NCBI RefSeq assembly: GCF_020745735.1 | Contig: NC_083422.1 | Location: 34,100,001-34,164,000, forward strand | Source of the DNA: Hemiscyllium ocellatum | Lineage: Eukaryota | Reading direction: 5' to 3' | DNA: 64,000 nt | Shown: in pieces, positions 39,700-52,629 of the stretch | Layout of the letters: each line of letters opens with the position of its first letter | Position numbering within the stretch: position 1 is the first letter of the stretch | Program-made: the position numbers and the translations under genes | The notes under the pieces: model-generated | The model's database searches: none | Seen by the model: only the letters and a program-made list of their open reading frames with translations | What the model was told of the DNA's origin: nothing

Positions 39700-40055
39700 C
39701 AGTATTGGTTGTTTATTTTGTTCATGGGATGTTTGTCACTGTCAAAGCCAGCATTGGTTGCACATCTCAAATTGCGTTTGGATTGTGTGGCTTACTAGGC
39801 CATCTCAACTGGCAGTTGAGTCAAGCACATTGCTGTGGGTCTGGATCATGTAAAGATAGAGCTCCTTTTCTAAAGGATGTTAGTGATCCAGCTGGTTCTT
39901 TTAAGACTGGTTTTGTTGCCACTATTACTGAGATTGGCATTTGAATTTAAATTCCACAAGCCGTTAAGGTGGGATTTGAAACTATGTCCCCAGAGCGTTA
40001 GCCTCAGCTTCTGAATTACTAGTCCGGTAACATTACCACACTGCCACCATCTCCT
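39700..40055 (-). mobile_element. tRNA-headed SINE, second family
   Basis: Reverse-complement similarity to 44232-44600. Confidence 0.6.
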
Positions 40056-42157
40056 CCTGAAAGGGGCCAGAGGTGAATATGGAAACAAATTATTATTGGA
40101 TTCAAATAGAATTTGCAAGTCATTTTGAACTAGGTCTAGATGGTGTAAAACTCAGTTAAACTTGACCAAAGCTGGAGTTGGCGAAATTGATGAAGCTATG
40201 GAGTCTCAAGCCAGAGGGAACAACAACACATCTTTTCAAAGTTCTACCTGAGTGTTCTAGCTCATTACAATTAATATGTTGAGAGTTGATTATGCTGTGA
40301 CGGAAACTGACACTATAGCTACTGATTACATAAAGGGAGCTGAGGAATAAAGCTATTTGTAGGTGTAGTTGCTTATCCAGAAGGGAGAGAATCATGTTTG
40401 TGGAGGGTTAGTTTTATTTCTGGCACTTGTAGATAATGTTTGGGGAGATTTTTGCCCTAAAAGAGAGCCTCATTTGTTTTTGGTACTCATTACTGAACTT
40501 GAAGCAGATTTTCTTTTGTGATTACACATGCGTGTAATCAACTTAACTCTAATGGTAAACAATTAATTGAATTGGAATAAAAGTGTTTTTAAATTTTGGA
40601 GACACAAGGATTCCTTAACTTGATTCATAATCTAAAGGATATCAAACACATTTTGGACCACACAATATATTCACTGGATTTTACTTGTGACTTTCCTGAT
40701 ATCGGAGGGGAAAAAAGATGGTTGTAACTAGTATATATTTTCAGTATGTGATTAAAGAGGAGAGGGGCAATCTAACGAGGTGGTGATATTAACCACATTA
40801 TAAATTTTTTCTTGTTGATGCATTGTTAATTGAGGTGAAAGTGGCAGTGGAAGAGATGTTACACGTGTTTAGGCTAAGAAGAGAAATAAATCAAATAATA
40901 TAATTCCTGGCTGTCTGCAGCATAGACTTAAACTATTTCTAAGGTACTCCTAGGAAGGCATCCAAATTTCTGCAGCTAACTTAATATACTTTCTTTTAAT
41001 GTTTTGATTATTATTTGAAAGCTGGGTAATTGCAAAGGAATAAGATACTTCCTAATTAAAATTAATGTAACTAGAAGCTGTAGCATACTTTAGTTTTCTG
41101 TAACATGATTTCCTAGAGCTAATCAGTGTTCTTCATTTATTATATATTTGCCACGCAGTTTACATTCTAGATTACAGTATTTACTTAAATATTGTGCAAG
41201 AAATTTTCAATGATGCTTTGGTGTGATACCACTTAGGTATAGCTCTAAATTTTGGTAAACCTGATCGTAAATAAAATTTCTGGCAACGAGAAAATCCATT
41301 CACTCGTTTGGGGACTTTGAAATCTGTGCCTTTCTTAAAAACAATGCATTGTTAATGGCGATGTTCCAATCCCTATAAGTATTTAAATGTACCAAGGAGT
41401 AAAATAAGCCAAAATTTGTGAAGAGGCAGTGAACATTAGAGAGCAAAATAAGACAGACACTGGAAATCTGAAATGAAATCAAGAAATCCTGGAAGTATTC
41501 AGCGGATCTGATCTGAGTAATTCCAGCATTATCTGTTTGATGTAATTTCTGGTAAAGGCAGTCCCTGAATTGCAAACAGGTTCTTGAGTCTATTCATAAG
41601 TCAGTTTGTACACAACTTGGAACACACTAAATTACTATATGAAACACCTGTGTAAGTATGAGGAAAGCATTTGCATGTTGAATCTGTGAAATTAATATTA
41701 ATACACCCTGCATAACATTGTGTTTATAATACGAACATTCGTAGGTCAGATGTTAATAAATCAGGGCTGTTTGATTTACATGCAGCAGTACAATGTAACA
41801 ACTGCAAACTTCTTTATTTTTAATAAAAGATAAGCTGTACTTGGAGCTTGATACTTTATATTTTCGATGTCAGAATTTGGTCAAATTTGGAGGAATGGGT
41901 TAATGGTGTGAGGTAGGGATATGGAAGGAGATGGATAAATATTTGCAATAGAACCAGAAAATGGTTGAATGAAGAAACAATTTACTCCAGACTCTGCTTG
42001 TTGAATAAAATAGACCATTGTTGAAAAGATGTTCAAATCTGAATAATACAAGCACATAGTGAATTATTTAAAGTATTTTGTAACACTTATGGATATAAAA
42101 TAGTTAATTGTATTTCTTTCTTAAGGAATTAAAGAAGCTTCAATCAAGTGTAAGAAT

Positions 42158-42290
42158 ATGCGAGAAAAGAGAAATGATTCTGTAGACTTTGTCAAGGACT
42201 TTCAAGAGTATCTCACTCAGCAAACACAGCATGTAAACATGATTTCTGGTTCAGTGTGTAATGATAAGGACCCAGAATTACTTCAGCCTG
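42158..42290 (+). CDS. IKZF5: Ikaros family zinc finger 5 (Pegasus), first coding exon (MREKRNDSVDFVKDFQEYLTQQTQHVNMISGSV...)
   Basis: DFVKDFQEYLTQQT.HVNMISGSV is the IKZF5 N-terminal motif; acceptor tttctttcttaag| at 42125, donor CCTG|gtaagt; 133 coding nt. Confidence 0.95.
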
Positions 42291-42874
42291 GTAAGTAAGG
42301 AAAATATTCATCGTACTAACTCAAATTTCCTTATTAGTTAGTATTCCTTATCTGTTAAAACAATTGTCTACTATTATGCCTTAAAGATTATTTAGACTGT
42401 AAAAGGTTGACTGAAATACCAAGGTAAGTATCAGTTTGAAAACAACGAAAAGAATTCTGGAAATAATACGGTTCTTGAGAATGTGACAACCATTGAGCTA
42501 AATACATGTACAAAGGTTTACTAGTCCCCAAAACTAAGAAAACCTTGGTTTTTGGTTTCTGTGTATGCTATGCATACAATTTTTAAAAATCAATATATTT
42601 GTGTTTTTGTCACGTTTACGCAAATGTGCAGTGTGTAGGCAATCATCGTGTATTTTTGTGATTCTTGGAATTAATATTTGAAGTAAACATTTTTAAAAGT
42701 GGTTGTCATATCATGCTGACAAGAGTTTTCTGACTTAAAAAGCCCAACGTTCCTAGTTGGTGCAATTCTACCATGTTTGATGGGCTATATTATCCTGTCA
42801 ATTTCCCGTTGATATCATATTACAGCCCATCCATGAGTTTTCACAGTTCAGAAGGATTAGCAGTTAATTAGTTT

Positions 42875-43003
42875 AAAAAATGAGGTCTGCAGATGCTGGA
42901 GATCACAGCTGCAAATGTGTTGCTGGTCAAAGCACAGCAGGTTAGGCAGCATCTCAGGAATAGAGAATTCGACGTTTCGAGCATAAGCCCTTCATCAGGA
43001 ATT
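42875..43003 (-). mobile_element. Penelope-derived short terminal repeat (young copy) carrying the hammerhead
   Basis: gaggtctgcagatgctggagatc...cagcaggttaggcagcatc...tcgacgtttcgagcataagcccttcatcaggaat; CpGs intact. Confidence 0.75.
42966..43003 (-). ncRNA. Minimal type I hammerhead ribozyme motif (Penelope-like element type)
   Basis: Minus strand reads AAUUC-CUGAUGA-A-GGGC-UUAU-GCUC-GAAAC-GUC-GAAUU: core boxes, 4-bp stem II, palindromic ACGU stem III, 5-bp stem I. Confidence 0.75.
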
Positions 43004-44231
43004 TTTTTGTTTGTATATAGTCAATAGATCTGCAGATAAAAACATCTCTTGTGAAGAAATCTGAGGGTTTCACATGAAATTGAACTTGTATTTCTCTGAA
43101 GTACATTATGAAGTGTCATGTATGATGCAAAGATGAATTTGTACATTTTTTTCCAAGTTTCTCTTGCTTCAGATGTAATATCTTTAATTCGAAGTTCTAA
43201 CAGTTTTTCAGTATGTAATGTGTGACTACTTTCTACGTTGAATCAGGACATGAGGTCAGCTGTTCAACTGTAGCCAAATTCCAAACTGTGCTGTACAGTA
43301 TTGCTATGCAGATTCCTACAAGGATTATTGAACACTGATCACAAATTCAGTGTGATCTAGTTATTGCATCCCGCTTCTAGATTAATTGAAACTAACACCT
43401 GTCTTATCCAAATTACATTTTGTTTGTTGCCTTTATCCACTAAGTTATTAGAGCAGTGTATAACTAAAACAAATCAAAAGCACTAAGTGCGTTGAAGTCG
43501 AAGCAATATGGGAGGATAATGTTTAAAAACATTTCTATTTTGAAACTTCAGTGAAAGTACCTCCCCATCTCCATCCTCACCTTTTCACATCACCAAACAT
43601 ATGATGCCTTCCAAATCTTTGCACATCATTCTTGAAATCTCGTGTTTGAATCAGTCGTAGTCCAAATCAGCTTCTAGCTCAGTCAAACTTTCATCCTAAG
43701 TGACTGTGATCCTGGTAAACTATCCTATTTCATTTATCTCAGTACTTGTAATGCTTGACACTAACATCCTTCTGTACAAATCTTCTCCGATATCTTACTA
43801 CACTCACTTTGTTCCTTAGTTTCTTAACCATCTAGTCAAGTCCAGGAAGTCAGCTTAGATGATTCCACATGCCGTTCTTGCCTATATAATCAATTCTTGG
43901 CTATCTCTTCTATTTTTTTACACATGTGCTGTACCCAGCATCATTCAAAACACTTCTGGTTCAATATGTAAGCTGTTCACGCATATTTTGTTCTCACCAC
44001 CACTATCTCTCTTATCTGTTCCACTAATTCTAACACTAACTTGTCATGTTGCTTGTGGTTTCAAATTCAGTAGTACATGAACAAAGATTTCCTCCAGCTG
44101 AATATTGTCTTCAGTCACTCTGTAAATTTCATTCCCTTGTTGCTGACTCTATCCATCCCTGTTAGCTGTCTGAAGTTGAACTAGAATATTTCAACTTAGT
44201 GTTGTACAATGCATTTATTAATTATTTAAGG

Positions 44232-44600
44232 GGAGGGCGATGGCTGAGTGGTATTAATCTGGACTGTTAGTCCAAAGATCAAGATATTGTTCTGGGGACC
44301 TAGGTTTGAATCCCAACATGGCAGATGATAGAATTTGAATTCATTTAAAAGAAAATCTGGAATTAAGAGTCTAATGATGACTACAAATCCATTATCGATT
44401 ACTGGAAAAGCCTATCTGATTCACTAATGTTCTTCAGGGAAGGAAACTGGCACCCTTACCTAGTCTAGCCTATGTGTGAATCCCAAACTACGGCAATGTG
44501 GTTGGCTCTTTAACACCCCTCTGGGTATATTAGGGATGGGCAATAAATGCTGGCCCAGTTGGTGACACCCTCATCCCGTGAATGAGTGAATAAAGGAAAA
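44232..44600 (+). mobile_element. tRNA-headed SINE, second family
   Basis: A-box-like tggctgagtgg and B-box-like ggtttgaatcc; 3' tail gggcaataaatgctggcc...cccgtgaatga. Confidence 0.75.
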
Positions 44601-45008
44601 AAACCTTATTTGGTTGTCCAATACCTTTTTATAACTGAATGTGGCAGGACTGAAGAGCTTTAATCTGTTGATTGTGGGATCATCTAGCTCTAGTGTACTG
44701 CACGCTGCTTCACCTTTTTCACATACATTCAGTCTTGTATAACTTTGGGTTCACATTTCATTTTTTACATAAGTCTTATGATACTCTTACCTTAGAACAC
44801 AATTTGTACCCTGTATTTTCAACAATTACTTTTCAGAAGAACCTTGCCTCTGACTTTAATCTATTTATTGTCTTGTATTTTTGTGTACATATGTATGTAT
44901 GAGCATTCATGTTAAGTGAATTTAGTATTTGGTTTGTATTCATACTTTAGGTAGATTTTTAAAAATTTGTGCAGTTGTCTTAATGAATGCTTCCAATTTA
45001 ATTGGCAG

Positions 45009-45191
45009 CTGGGACAGAAAATCATCAAAATGGAATCCACCATGCTTCAGTTGAAGTTTCTCTTGATGATGGCTCTGGATTGATAGGAGAAGGGCCAGAA
45101 AGGACAGTTGATGGAAAATTAAAGTGTCAGTATTGTAACTATGCCAGCAAAGGGATAGCACGACTGATGGAGCATACCAGAATGCACACAG
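45009..45191 (+). CDS. IKZF5: IKZF5 coding exon 2, with zinc finger 1 (DGKLKCQYCNYASKGIARLMEHTRMHTG)
   Basis: C2H2 finger; ggcag| acceptor, ACAG|gtaata donor; 183 nt, phase 1-1. Confidence 0.96.
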
Positions 45192-45904
45192 GTAATAGAC
45201 TACAAAGCAGATTATCTTGTATTAAACAACAACAATCAAGTAGCTGCTTTTGAATTAATCAAAGAACTGATTTGGTGAAATTGAGTCTATCCACAGGCCA
45301 TTGCTTCATTTGTGCCCTGAAAAAGGCAGGTTCTTGACTCATCTGTTGCTTCATCCTGAGCCTTGTTTGTTTGGTCACTGGTTTGCTATTGCCTTTCTCG
45401 CTCATGAGTAGGGTGAGAAGGTTCCAAATGTACCTCAACTAGAATTGTAAACAAACCCATGTTGTTGGTGGTGTTCTGAATTACATGCTAGCTAACTGAC
45501 CTAACCAGTCCTCTGTATTATCGATAAAATGTTTTTGAAACGATCATCTCAGTTTCATCACATTATTAAATTTGGAATTCTTTTGGAGCTCAATTCCTTT
45601 TTATTTTGGAAACTAAAGTTTTGTTAACCAAATTTCTATATTAATTTATTTTTAATGTTACTGAATTTCATTTACATTTCACTTTTTTTTTGGTCTCAAA
45701 CTCTGATTTAAATACTGGAAGTGAAAATGACTGCTTTGATATCCAGGGACCATTTATCTGTGGCATCAAGGAGTCCTAGCAAAAGAGAAATTTAATGGAA
45801 ATTGGGAAGTAAAATCATACCTGACACAAATGAAGCTTCTAGGAGGAAAATATTTTCATTCTGAGGACATTGATGCAGAAGCTCCTCAGGGAGATATTTT
45901 TTAC

Positions 45905-46240
45905 TCAGCCTGTTCAGGCATATAATGCCTTGCCCCAAAACCAGGTGAAACTTGAACCTGAATTTCCTGGCCCAGAGATAGGGACACTATCAATGCAATT
46001 AAGCTCCTCAATAGTTACTTTTATTAACCTGTTCAGACATGTGATATGCCACTGGAACAGATGGGATTTGAGCCAGCTCTCCTCGCACAAAGGTAGGACC
46101 ACTGTCGCAACCTCACAAGAGCCCCAAAGTTCACTAATCAATCTATTAATATATATTAGAGATATTAATTGCACACTTCTGGAGCAAGTGAGACTAGAAC
46201 CAGGTCTCCCAGCTCAAATGTAAGGACATTATCACTGTGC
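45905..46240 (-). repeat. Three diverged tandem short tRNA-like units
   Basis: Recurrent cttgaacc/tttgagcc/ctagaacc followed by ggacactatca/ggaccactgtc/ggacattatca at ~120-130 bp spacing; similar plus-strand units at ~57085 and ~57765. Confidence 0.5.
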
Positions 46241-46987
46241 TATAAGCTTTCCTTGATAATGCCCTGGTGTTAATCATCAGTTGTTTTGTCAATGAACATC
46301 TTCCATCATAATATCAGAAATGCAGGTGTTTGACTGCAAAATATTTAGTATTTTTAATGACTCCGTGAAAGTTTTTTTTTGAGTTCAGCGAGTTCCGGAC
46401 GACATTCTGGCTTTGGATGATAAGTGGCAAATAACATTTGTGCCACACGTGTCAGGTAATAACCATCTTCAACAACAGAATCTGCCAATTTTCCCATGTC
46501 ATTCAATTCACTATCATTTTTGAATTGCCCCCACTATCTATATCCTAGGCATTAATATTAACCTGAAGCAGCCATATCAGTTCTGTGGCTACAAGGTCAG
46601 GTCAGAGGGTGGACTCCTCAAAAAGTGTATTCTCCCCTATACCCCCACAGGGGAAAAGAAGGATAAATGAGGGGTATAATCCAATACCCTCCATTTGCCT
46701 GGCTAAGTACATGCCTAACAACATTCAAAGTTCAGTGTCTATCAGGACTAACCAGTTGCTTGAATGGCGCTCTTTCTGCCATGTTAAACATTCACTTTTT
46801 CCACCACAGCTACACATGATAGCCTTGTGTGCAACATAAAAGATTCTCTCCAGCAACTTGCCAGAATTACTTCTAAAGCATTTTCCAAATTAGCAACCTT
46901 TATTGCTGAAAGAACAATGAAAACAGGTACCAGGGAACACCATTGCCTAAATGTTCTTCAAGTTACACACATCCTGAGTTGGATGTA

Positions 46988-47634
46988 CAGAGGAACCTTG
47001 ATTATTCAAATGAGATGGTTGGGCACTATTTCGTTTGGATAATTGATTATTCAGTTAATTGATGAAATGCCTTTCCTCTGGGGCTCGGGGGTTTTCTATT
47101 AAGTCGGCTCCTTGTTCAGGAGAATAGACTCTGCTCTGCCTGCCTGCTTGCCATCCAACACCACCCTACCAACACCGCCCTCCACCCGCCCTCCCAAACC
47201 AATCCAACACAGCCCCTAGCCCAGTCCTCCAGCACTGTCCAAACCGCGCCCCTCTCCTACCACAAGGCAGCCGGACTGGATGCCAACAGTAAGATAGGTG
47301 CTCCTTTCTGGAGTAAGTCTCTAAATAGCATGTGCATGTGCACACAGAGCCATAAACAATGTTTTGCGGCAACATTTTGACAACTTCCGCCTCTGCCTTG
47401 TACAGGACAATGTTAGAGAGAATATCTGGGGAAAGGAGGTTTATGGTTCACGCCTATGTAGAACTCCAGGGAGAGGGTGGGAGGTCAGTCATTTGGAGAC
47501 GGTACCTGGGTTATGTTTAGGACTGGTCTCAGCAGAGATTTTTAATCAGTGTAAACAAAAGATGCTTTCAGGGTTTAAACATCTCTTTCATGTAATGTTT
47601 TCTTCGGGTCCTTCGGATAATAGAGGTTCCTCTG
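46988..47634. mobile_element. MITE of the same family as 31498-32116, opposite orientation, inserted in a LINE remnant
   Basis: TA-cagaggaaccttgattat ... ataatagaggttcctctg-TA; internal sequence is the reverse complement of the other copy. Confidence 0.88.
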
Positions 47635-50100
47635 TACATCACTGTTGCTTCACTGTCCCTGGTTCAAAAATCTGGAACTCACTTTTTAACTGTATTGAGT
47701 GCAAGTCCACCAGATAGACTGCACTGGATAATAAAGGAAACTTGCCAGCACAACTTAGAGGGCACATGAAAGGTTTTAAAGAAAAAAAATCCCTTCAGTG
47801 ATTGTCTAATTTCTCTTCACCTCAGCATTTCACACCGCTTACATAATCTGGTTTTAATCTACTTTGAGGTTTGAAAAGACAGTATACAGCATTGCACAGT
47901 TCTTGTTTGTTATCTTTTTTGCTAATTTTGCTTTTGCACAATTTGTAACGGGTCCTTTGGTTTATGCTTCCTAACATTGTTTGCTTTGAAACTCAAATGT
48001 ATCCTGGAACGTAATCTTATGTCCAGAACAGTTTTATAATTTGGGGTTACTGGAGAGTAATAATGTATACACAGTTTTTCCAAAGATGACTATTGAATCA
48101 ATGTTGATGAAAGATTCCAAAAAATAGAAACCTTAGGGGGTACATTTTTCTTGATTATATTAATCTGGATTTTTATTTAGTTGACAGTAATGGTGTTTGC
48201 CATTCATTTTCCTGATAGCTGACCACAAACCTTTGGAAAGTTTTTGAGGCAGTTTACACAGGAGCTTGATGTCTAAACAGCAAGCCTGTTCAAATCCGAC
48301 TGAAGAATCCTAACTGACTTATGATTCTTTTTCATTCTCAATTTGGAGCTCAAAATCAGAAAGATTCCTTACTATTAGAATCTGACTCTGGAGAAACTAA
48401 ATTTTTAGATTTTGATTTCAGGATGCTGATCCAAGAAAAAGTTCAGAGGCAGCTGCAAGTTCACCGGGTGCTGAGGCTGGTATTTAAAGCCCATCTTAAT
48501 GCTCTGACACTCCATGTCAGTTACAGTGATTAAAAGTAAAAATAACCTCTGTTCCTCAACATTCATTATCCTCCATGTATACCTGCATCTTTATAGCCAC
48601 CAGTTTTGGCATTTACAGCAAAGGTTCCAAAAATGGGATTTGAATTTCAAGTTTGGTAGTGATTACCATTCACTGTGTTATTAAAATTTCACTTGATCTT
48701 GATGTACTGATTTTAATTTTTCCTGGCAAGTTTATTGAGTGACTTCTACAATTTGGTACCATTGATGATGCCAAGCCTCTCTGCAAGGTAGTTGCAGTGC
48801 AACAATAGAGGAGTCAAGTAGCCTGATGGAATCTTTTGGATTTTGTTGTTTAAATGTGCATGCATAATCGCCAGAAATTTATTTTCTAATTTAGATCACA
48901 TGAATAGAGTTAGCAAACCTTTGGCCATTATGCAGTTACTTTTAATGTTTATTAAATTGCTACTATGTGTCTCTCTTCAGTAACAACATCTGTGCAGGCA
49001 CTCTGGACTGAAATGGTATCATTTTGGTATGTCTGGCTTCCTAATATTGGTGTAAAGTTCACAGTATGATGTATCTGAGAACTCTTTCTTTGAATAGGAA
49101 ATTAAAACCTCAATGGAGAAGTAGGGGGAGAAATAGCCTTTCTAGATCTGCAATTGTACGTTATTCTTTTGCTGTTATTGGACTTCTTTTAAGAGAAATA
49201 ACAACGATGTGACATTGAGCATAGGGCCTCTGGAAAATCATGGACAAATACTGAGTGGCACGCATACTTTTTCATTTAGTATTGTCATTGGTTGCTTGTT
49301 CTTCCTGGGAGACAGAGTCCTAAGCCTCAGATCAGACATGCATATTTAGTTTTATCTCCTGACAAACTTATCTTGTTGAAATACAAACTTAATTATGTAT
49401 TCCATGCTAACAGAAGCATATTTTTAGGCTTTTTTTTTTCTTTGGTGAAGTTCCATGTCCAACATGTGAATATTCTTACAACAGTGTCATTCAAAATAGA
49501 TTAGGCCTTTTCACACCTCCCCAGGGGGATTGCTGCTTGTTTATTGCCTTTAAGGTAATTATTAATTTTAGCATAAGATGTTTGTTGTTTAGTCTATATT
49601 AGTTTCATTTAAACAAAGCTAACCTGTGGACCAAGTTGTCACTGTTCATGTTAAGTCTGTTTTTGATGCTTTTTTATTGAAGCCAGTTCCAACCATGGAA
49701 CTCCTAAGTATTAAGTGGGACAATGCTATTGAAACTAAATAGTCCATATTTATAATTTTTTTCAAATGTCAGGTCATGCTGACTGGCCCATATACATTAA
49801 TTTCCCAACATGAGTCCTTGAATTATATTAAAGATAATTCTGGACTCCATCCCTGGAACCACAGGCTTTTCAAATATTGTGAGAACTGAGATCCGCTAAC
49901 TCAGCATAGAAACAGGACCAGTCTTGAAGCTTTCCGCTGCTTCAATCAGTATCAGATTCCGTGAATCATCTGGAGATTTGAGTAATATTTATATTAACTT
50001 ACAGTTGGAAGGAGAGAAATCCTTTTCACATTTGGCTTAGATATTAATTCTTTAGGAGAAAAAATATAATAACTTGGCTGATTTGTTCTTTGTCATGTAG

Positions 50101-51029
50101 GTGAAAAGCCCCACAGATGCCATCTATGTCCATTTGCTTCAGCTTATGAGCGTCATCTTGAAGCACATATGCGCTCACATAGAGGTGAAAAACCATATAA
50201 ATGTGAGCTTTGCTCGTTTCGCTGCAGTGATCAAAGTAATTTATCCCACCATCGTAGGCGCAGGCATAAACTACTTCCTCTGAAAGGACGCAGGACATCA
50301 TTGACCAATAAGAGAATGATGGGAATTTTGCAGAAAAAATCCAGCTACTCCCTGAACTATGGAAGAAGACCTCTAAATAACTTTGGACCTTCCATGTTGA
50401 CACAGAAGACAACAGATTACCTTGATGAATATTCTCATAACATCTCAGCTGAATCTTATGAGGGCCTGACAAAAGCACAAACTAGTGGTATCTCAAGGGA
50501 TGTACAGGAAATGATGGTAGATAATCCATTAAACCAGCTTTCTGCCTTAGCTGGCCAGCTTTCCAGCCTTTCACAAGAAGACCAAACTCCAGCATCTTCT
50601 GATGTGACATGCAGAGATGAAAAGCCTTATCTGATACCACAGTCTGTAGCGCCAATAGTTACCACTGTAGTTTCCAGCGTGGCTCAAAGCTCATCCAATG
50701 CTAGCCCTGATAGACATCCTGTGCACAATCAAAGAACATTCAGTCCAGTGCCAGGCCCCAACAGTGAGCGCAGTGCTCACATGAGTTCACCCTGCATGAC
50801 GAACAGCCAACCTAGCACTCCTGCACCTCCAATTCAAGTCCAGGATCCACAGCTTCTGCATCACTGCCAACACTGCGACATGTATTTTGCAGACAATATA
50901 CTTTACACTATTCACATGGGGTGCCATGGTTATGAAAATCCATTTCAGTGTAATATATGTGGTTGTAAATGTAAAAACCAATATGATTTTGCTTGTCATT
51001 TTGCCAGGGGTCAACATAAGCAAACTTAA
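50101..51029 (+). CDS. IKZF5: IKZF5 last coding exon: fingers 2-3, Ser/Pro-rich linker region, C-terminal dimerisation fingers
   Basis: EKPHRCHLCPFASAYERHLEAHMRSH, DNPLNQLS.LAGQLSSL, CQHCDMYFADNILYTIHMGCHGYENPFQCNICG; catgtag| acceptor; TAA ends at 51029; total CDS 1245 nt = 414 aa. Confidence 0.98.
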
Positions 51030-51042
51030 TGTTATTTGTATT

Positions 51043-51126
51043 AATAAAGTTATTAAAATTAATCAAAATTAATCTTGTTTTATTAAATGGTAAATTTATT
51101 TCAATCTTTTGTAAAACTATAATAAA
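51043..51126 (+). terminator. Candidate proximal polyadenylation signals of IKZF5
   Basis: AATAAA at 51043 and 51121, just after the stop; the region is very AT-rich so these may be chance. Confidence 0.35.
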
Positions 51127-52485
51127 AACTAGATTAATCAATTGTCAATTTGTTTCAAGGAAACTTAAGATATTTTCCAGGCTGCCAATGACCTAATAAC
51201 TTCGTCACTGCTTGTCTACCATATATGTATTTAAAAACCATGAACAGGCTATTAAACATATTTTAAAAGTTGGGAAAGGTGAATCAAGCAAGAAAACAAG
51301 GAAATAATTTACTTCAATTCATTTCTCTTGAAAGACCTTGGAAGGGTACATCTTATATTTATTTGAATGGTAATGTGGATTTCCAGGGTTAAAGTAAGGT
51401 AGGATATCAACTGGGGTTGCATTCTTTGGAATTTAGGTAGTTTATAGGATGATTTGATAGAAGGTCTTTAAGATATTAAAGGAAGAAGTAAGGGAATTTT
51501 TTTTTTAAATTGGAGTATCTAGAACTAAGAAACAAAATCTTAAAAATTGCAGGCTGACCTTTTCAGAAATTAATGTTAAAATTCATTGTAAATCTTAAAA
51601 CCGAAATCCATTTGGAAACAAAAATCACAGATTCTGAGGGATTTTCTGGAGAAAGGTAGTTAGGCAGAGTTAGATCACAAAATGGTAGAATGAGCTTGAG
51701 TGGCAATATGATTGCCTAAGGTGCCTTGTTCCTACTTCAAGTGGCTTAATTACAAATCTGTTTGTGCAGTTATTTATCATTGAAAGCGTGTAATGTGGAC
51801 TGCATTGAACATGGTTGCAATTAATCCTCACTTGAGTCAAAATTTATCTTTCTCTGAATCCACTTAAATTCTAGCCAAGGAATGGTGAAGTAGTTACAAC
51901 ATTCTGTTGCTAATCTCTTAGGAATTGATTTTAAACGTGTATATTTTAATTTTAATAATATAGTTGATTTTAAAGTTCCATTGATAAGGTTCTGTTCAGA
52001 AATCAGTGTTTTGTTTTTTAAAGAAATATATTGAAGAATTCTTGGCTGGAGCATTAGAATGAATCTGCTGAACATTCTCAGAAGATTCATGACAGCCATA
52101 CTTCTTTCTCCCTGTAAAGTTACTTATTTTTGCTGGTATTATGGGTTCTGGTTTCTACCATGTCTTTACTGAGGGCTATTTTCTTGATTTGCCAATGTTA
52201 TCACTTGGCAACCAGGTTTCAATAGAAAAATGGAAATTTGTACTTATTCCTTAGGAAATGTCTGATCTATTTTAGCTGTTGCTGGTGAAGAACAGGATTT
52301 CAAGTAAAGAATTGAAGAAACTCTTGTACCCTATCACCTGACCCAATGAGTTCATCCTAGGTCTGCTTGATTTAATTTTAATTTCCCTTCCATACTGAAT
52401 AAACTAAATCCTTGTTATTATTCTAATTATTCTACTCTACTTGTCTGTTCCTTGCCTGAGTGTTGTATACAGCAGATGTAAATTA

Positions 52486-52629
52486 CAGTACAACCTCGAT
52501 TATCCAAATTTCAGATTATACAAACAAGATCTCAAGGTCCCGATGCTCTGGTAAACTGTTGTCCGACCTTTTGATTATCCGAACAAAATACTCCCCGCCT
52601 GTGTCGTTCGAATAATTGAGGTTGCCCTG
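52486..52629. mobile_element. Short related MITE
   Basis: TA-cagtacaacctcgattatcc ... ataattgaggttgccctg-TA; shares gattatccgaacaaaata with the longer MITEs. Confidence 0.8.

Noticed and set aside
44232-44330. tRNA gene
   Set aside because: A/B boxes belong to a SINE head; no intact cloverleaf
51821-52105. Possible PSTK terminal exon
   Set aside because: No frame shows PSTK motifs; the acceptor-like tttacag alone is weak evidence
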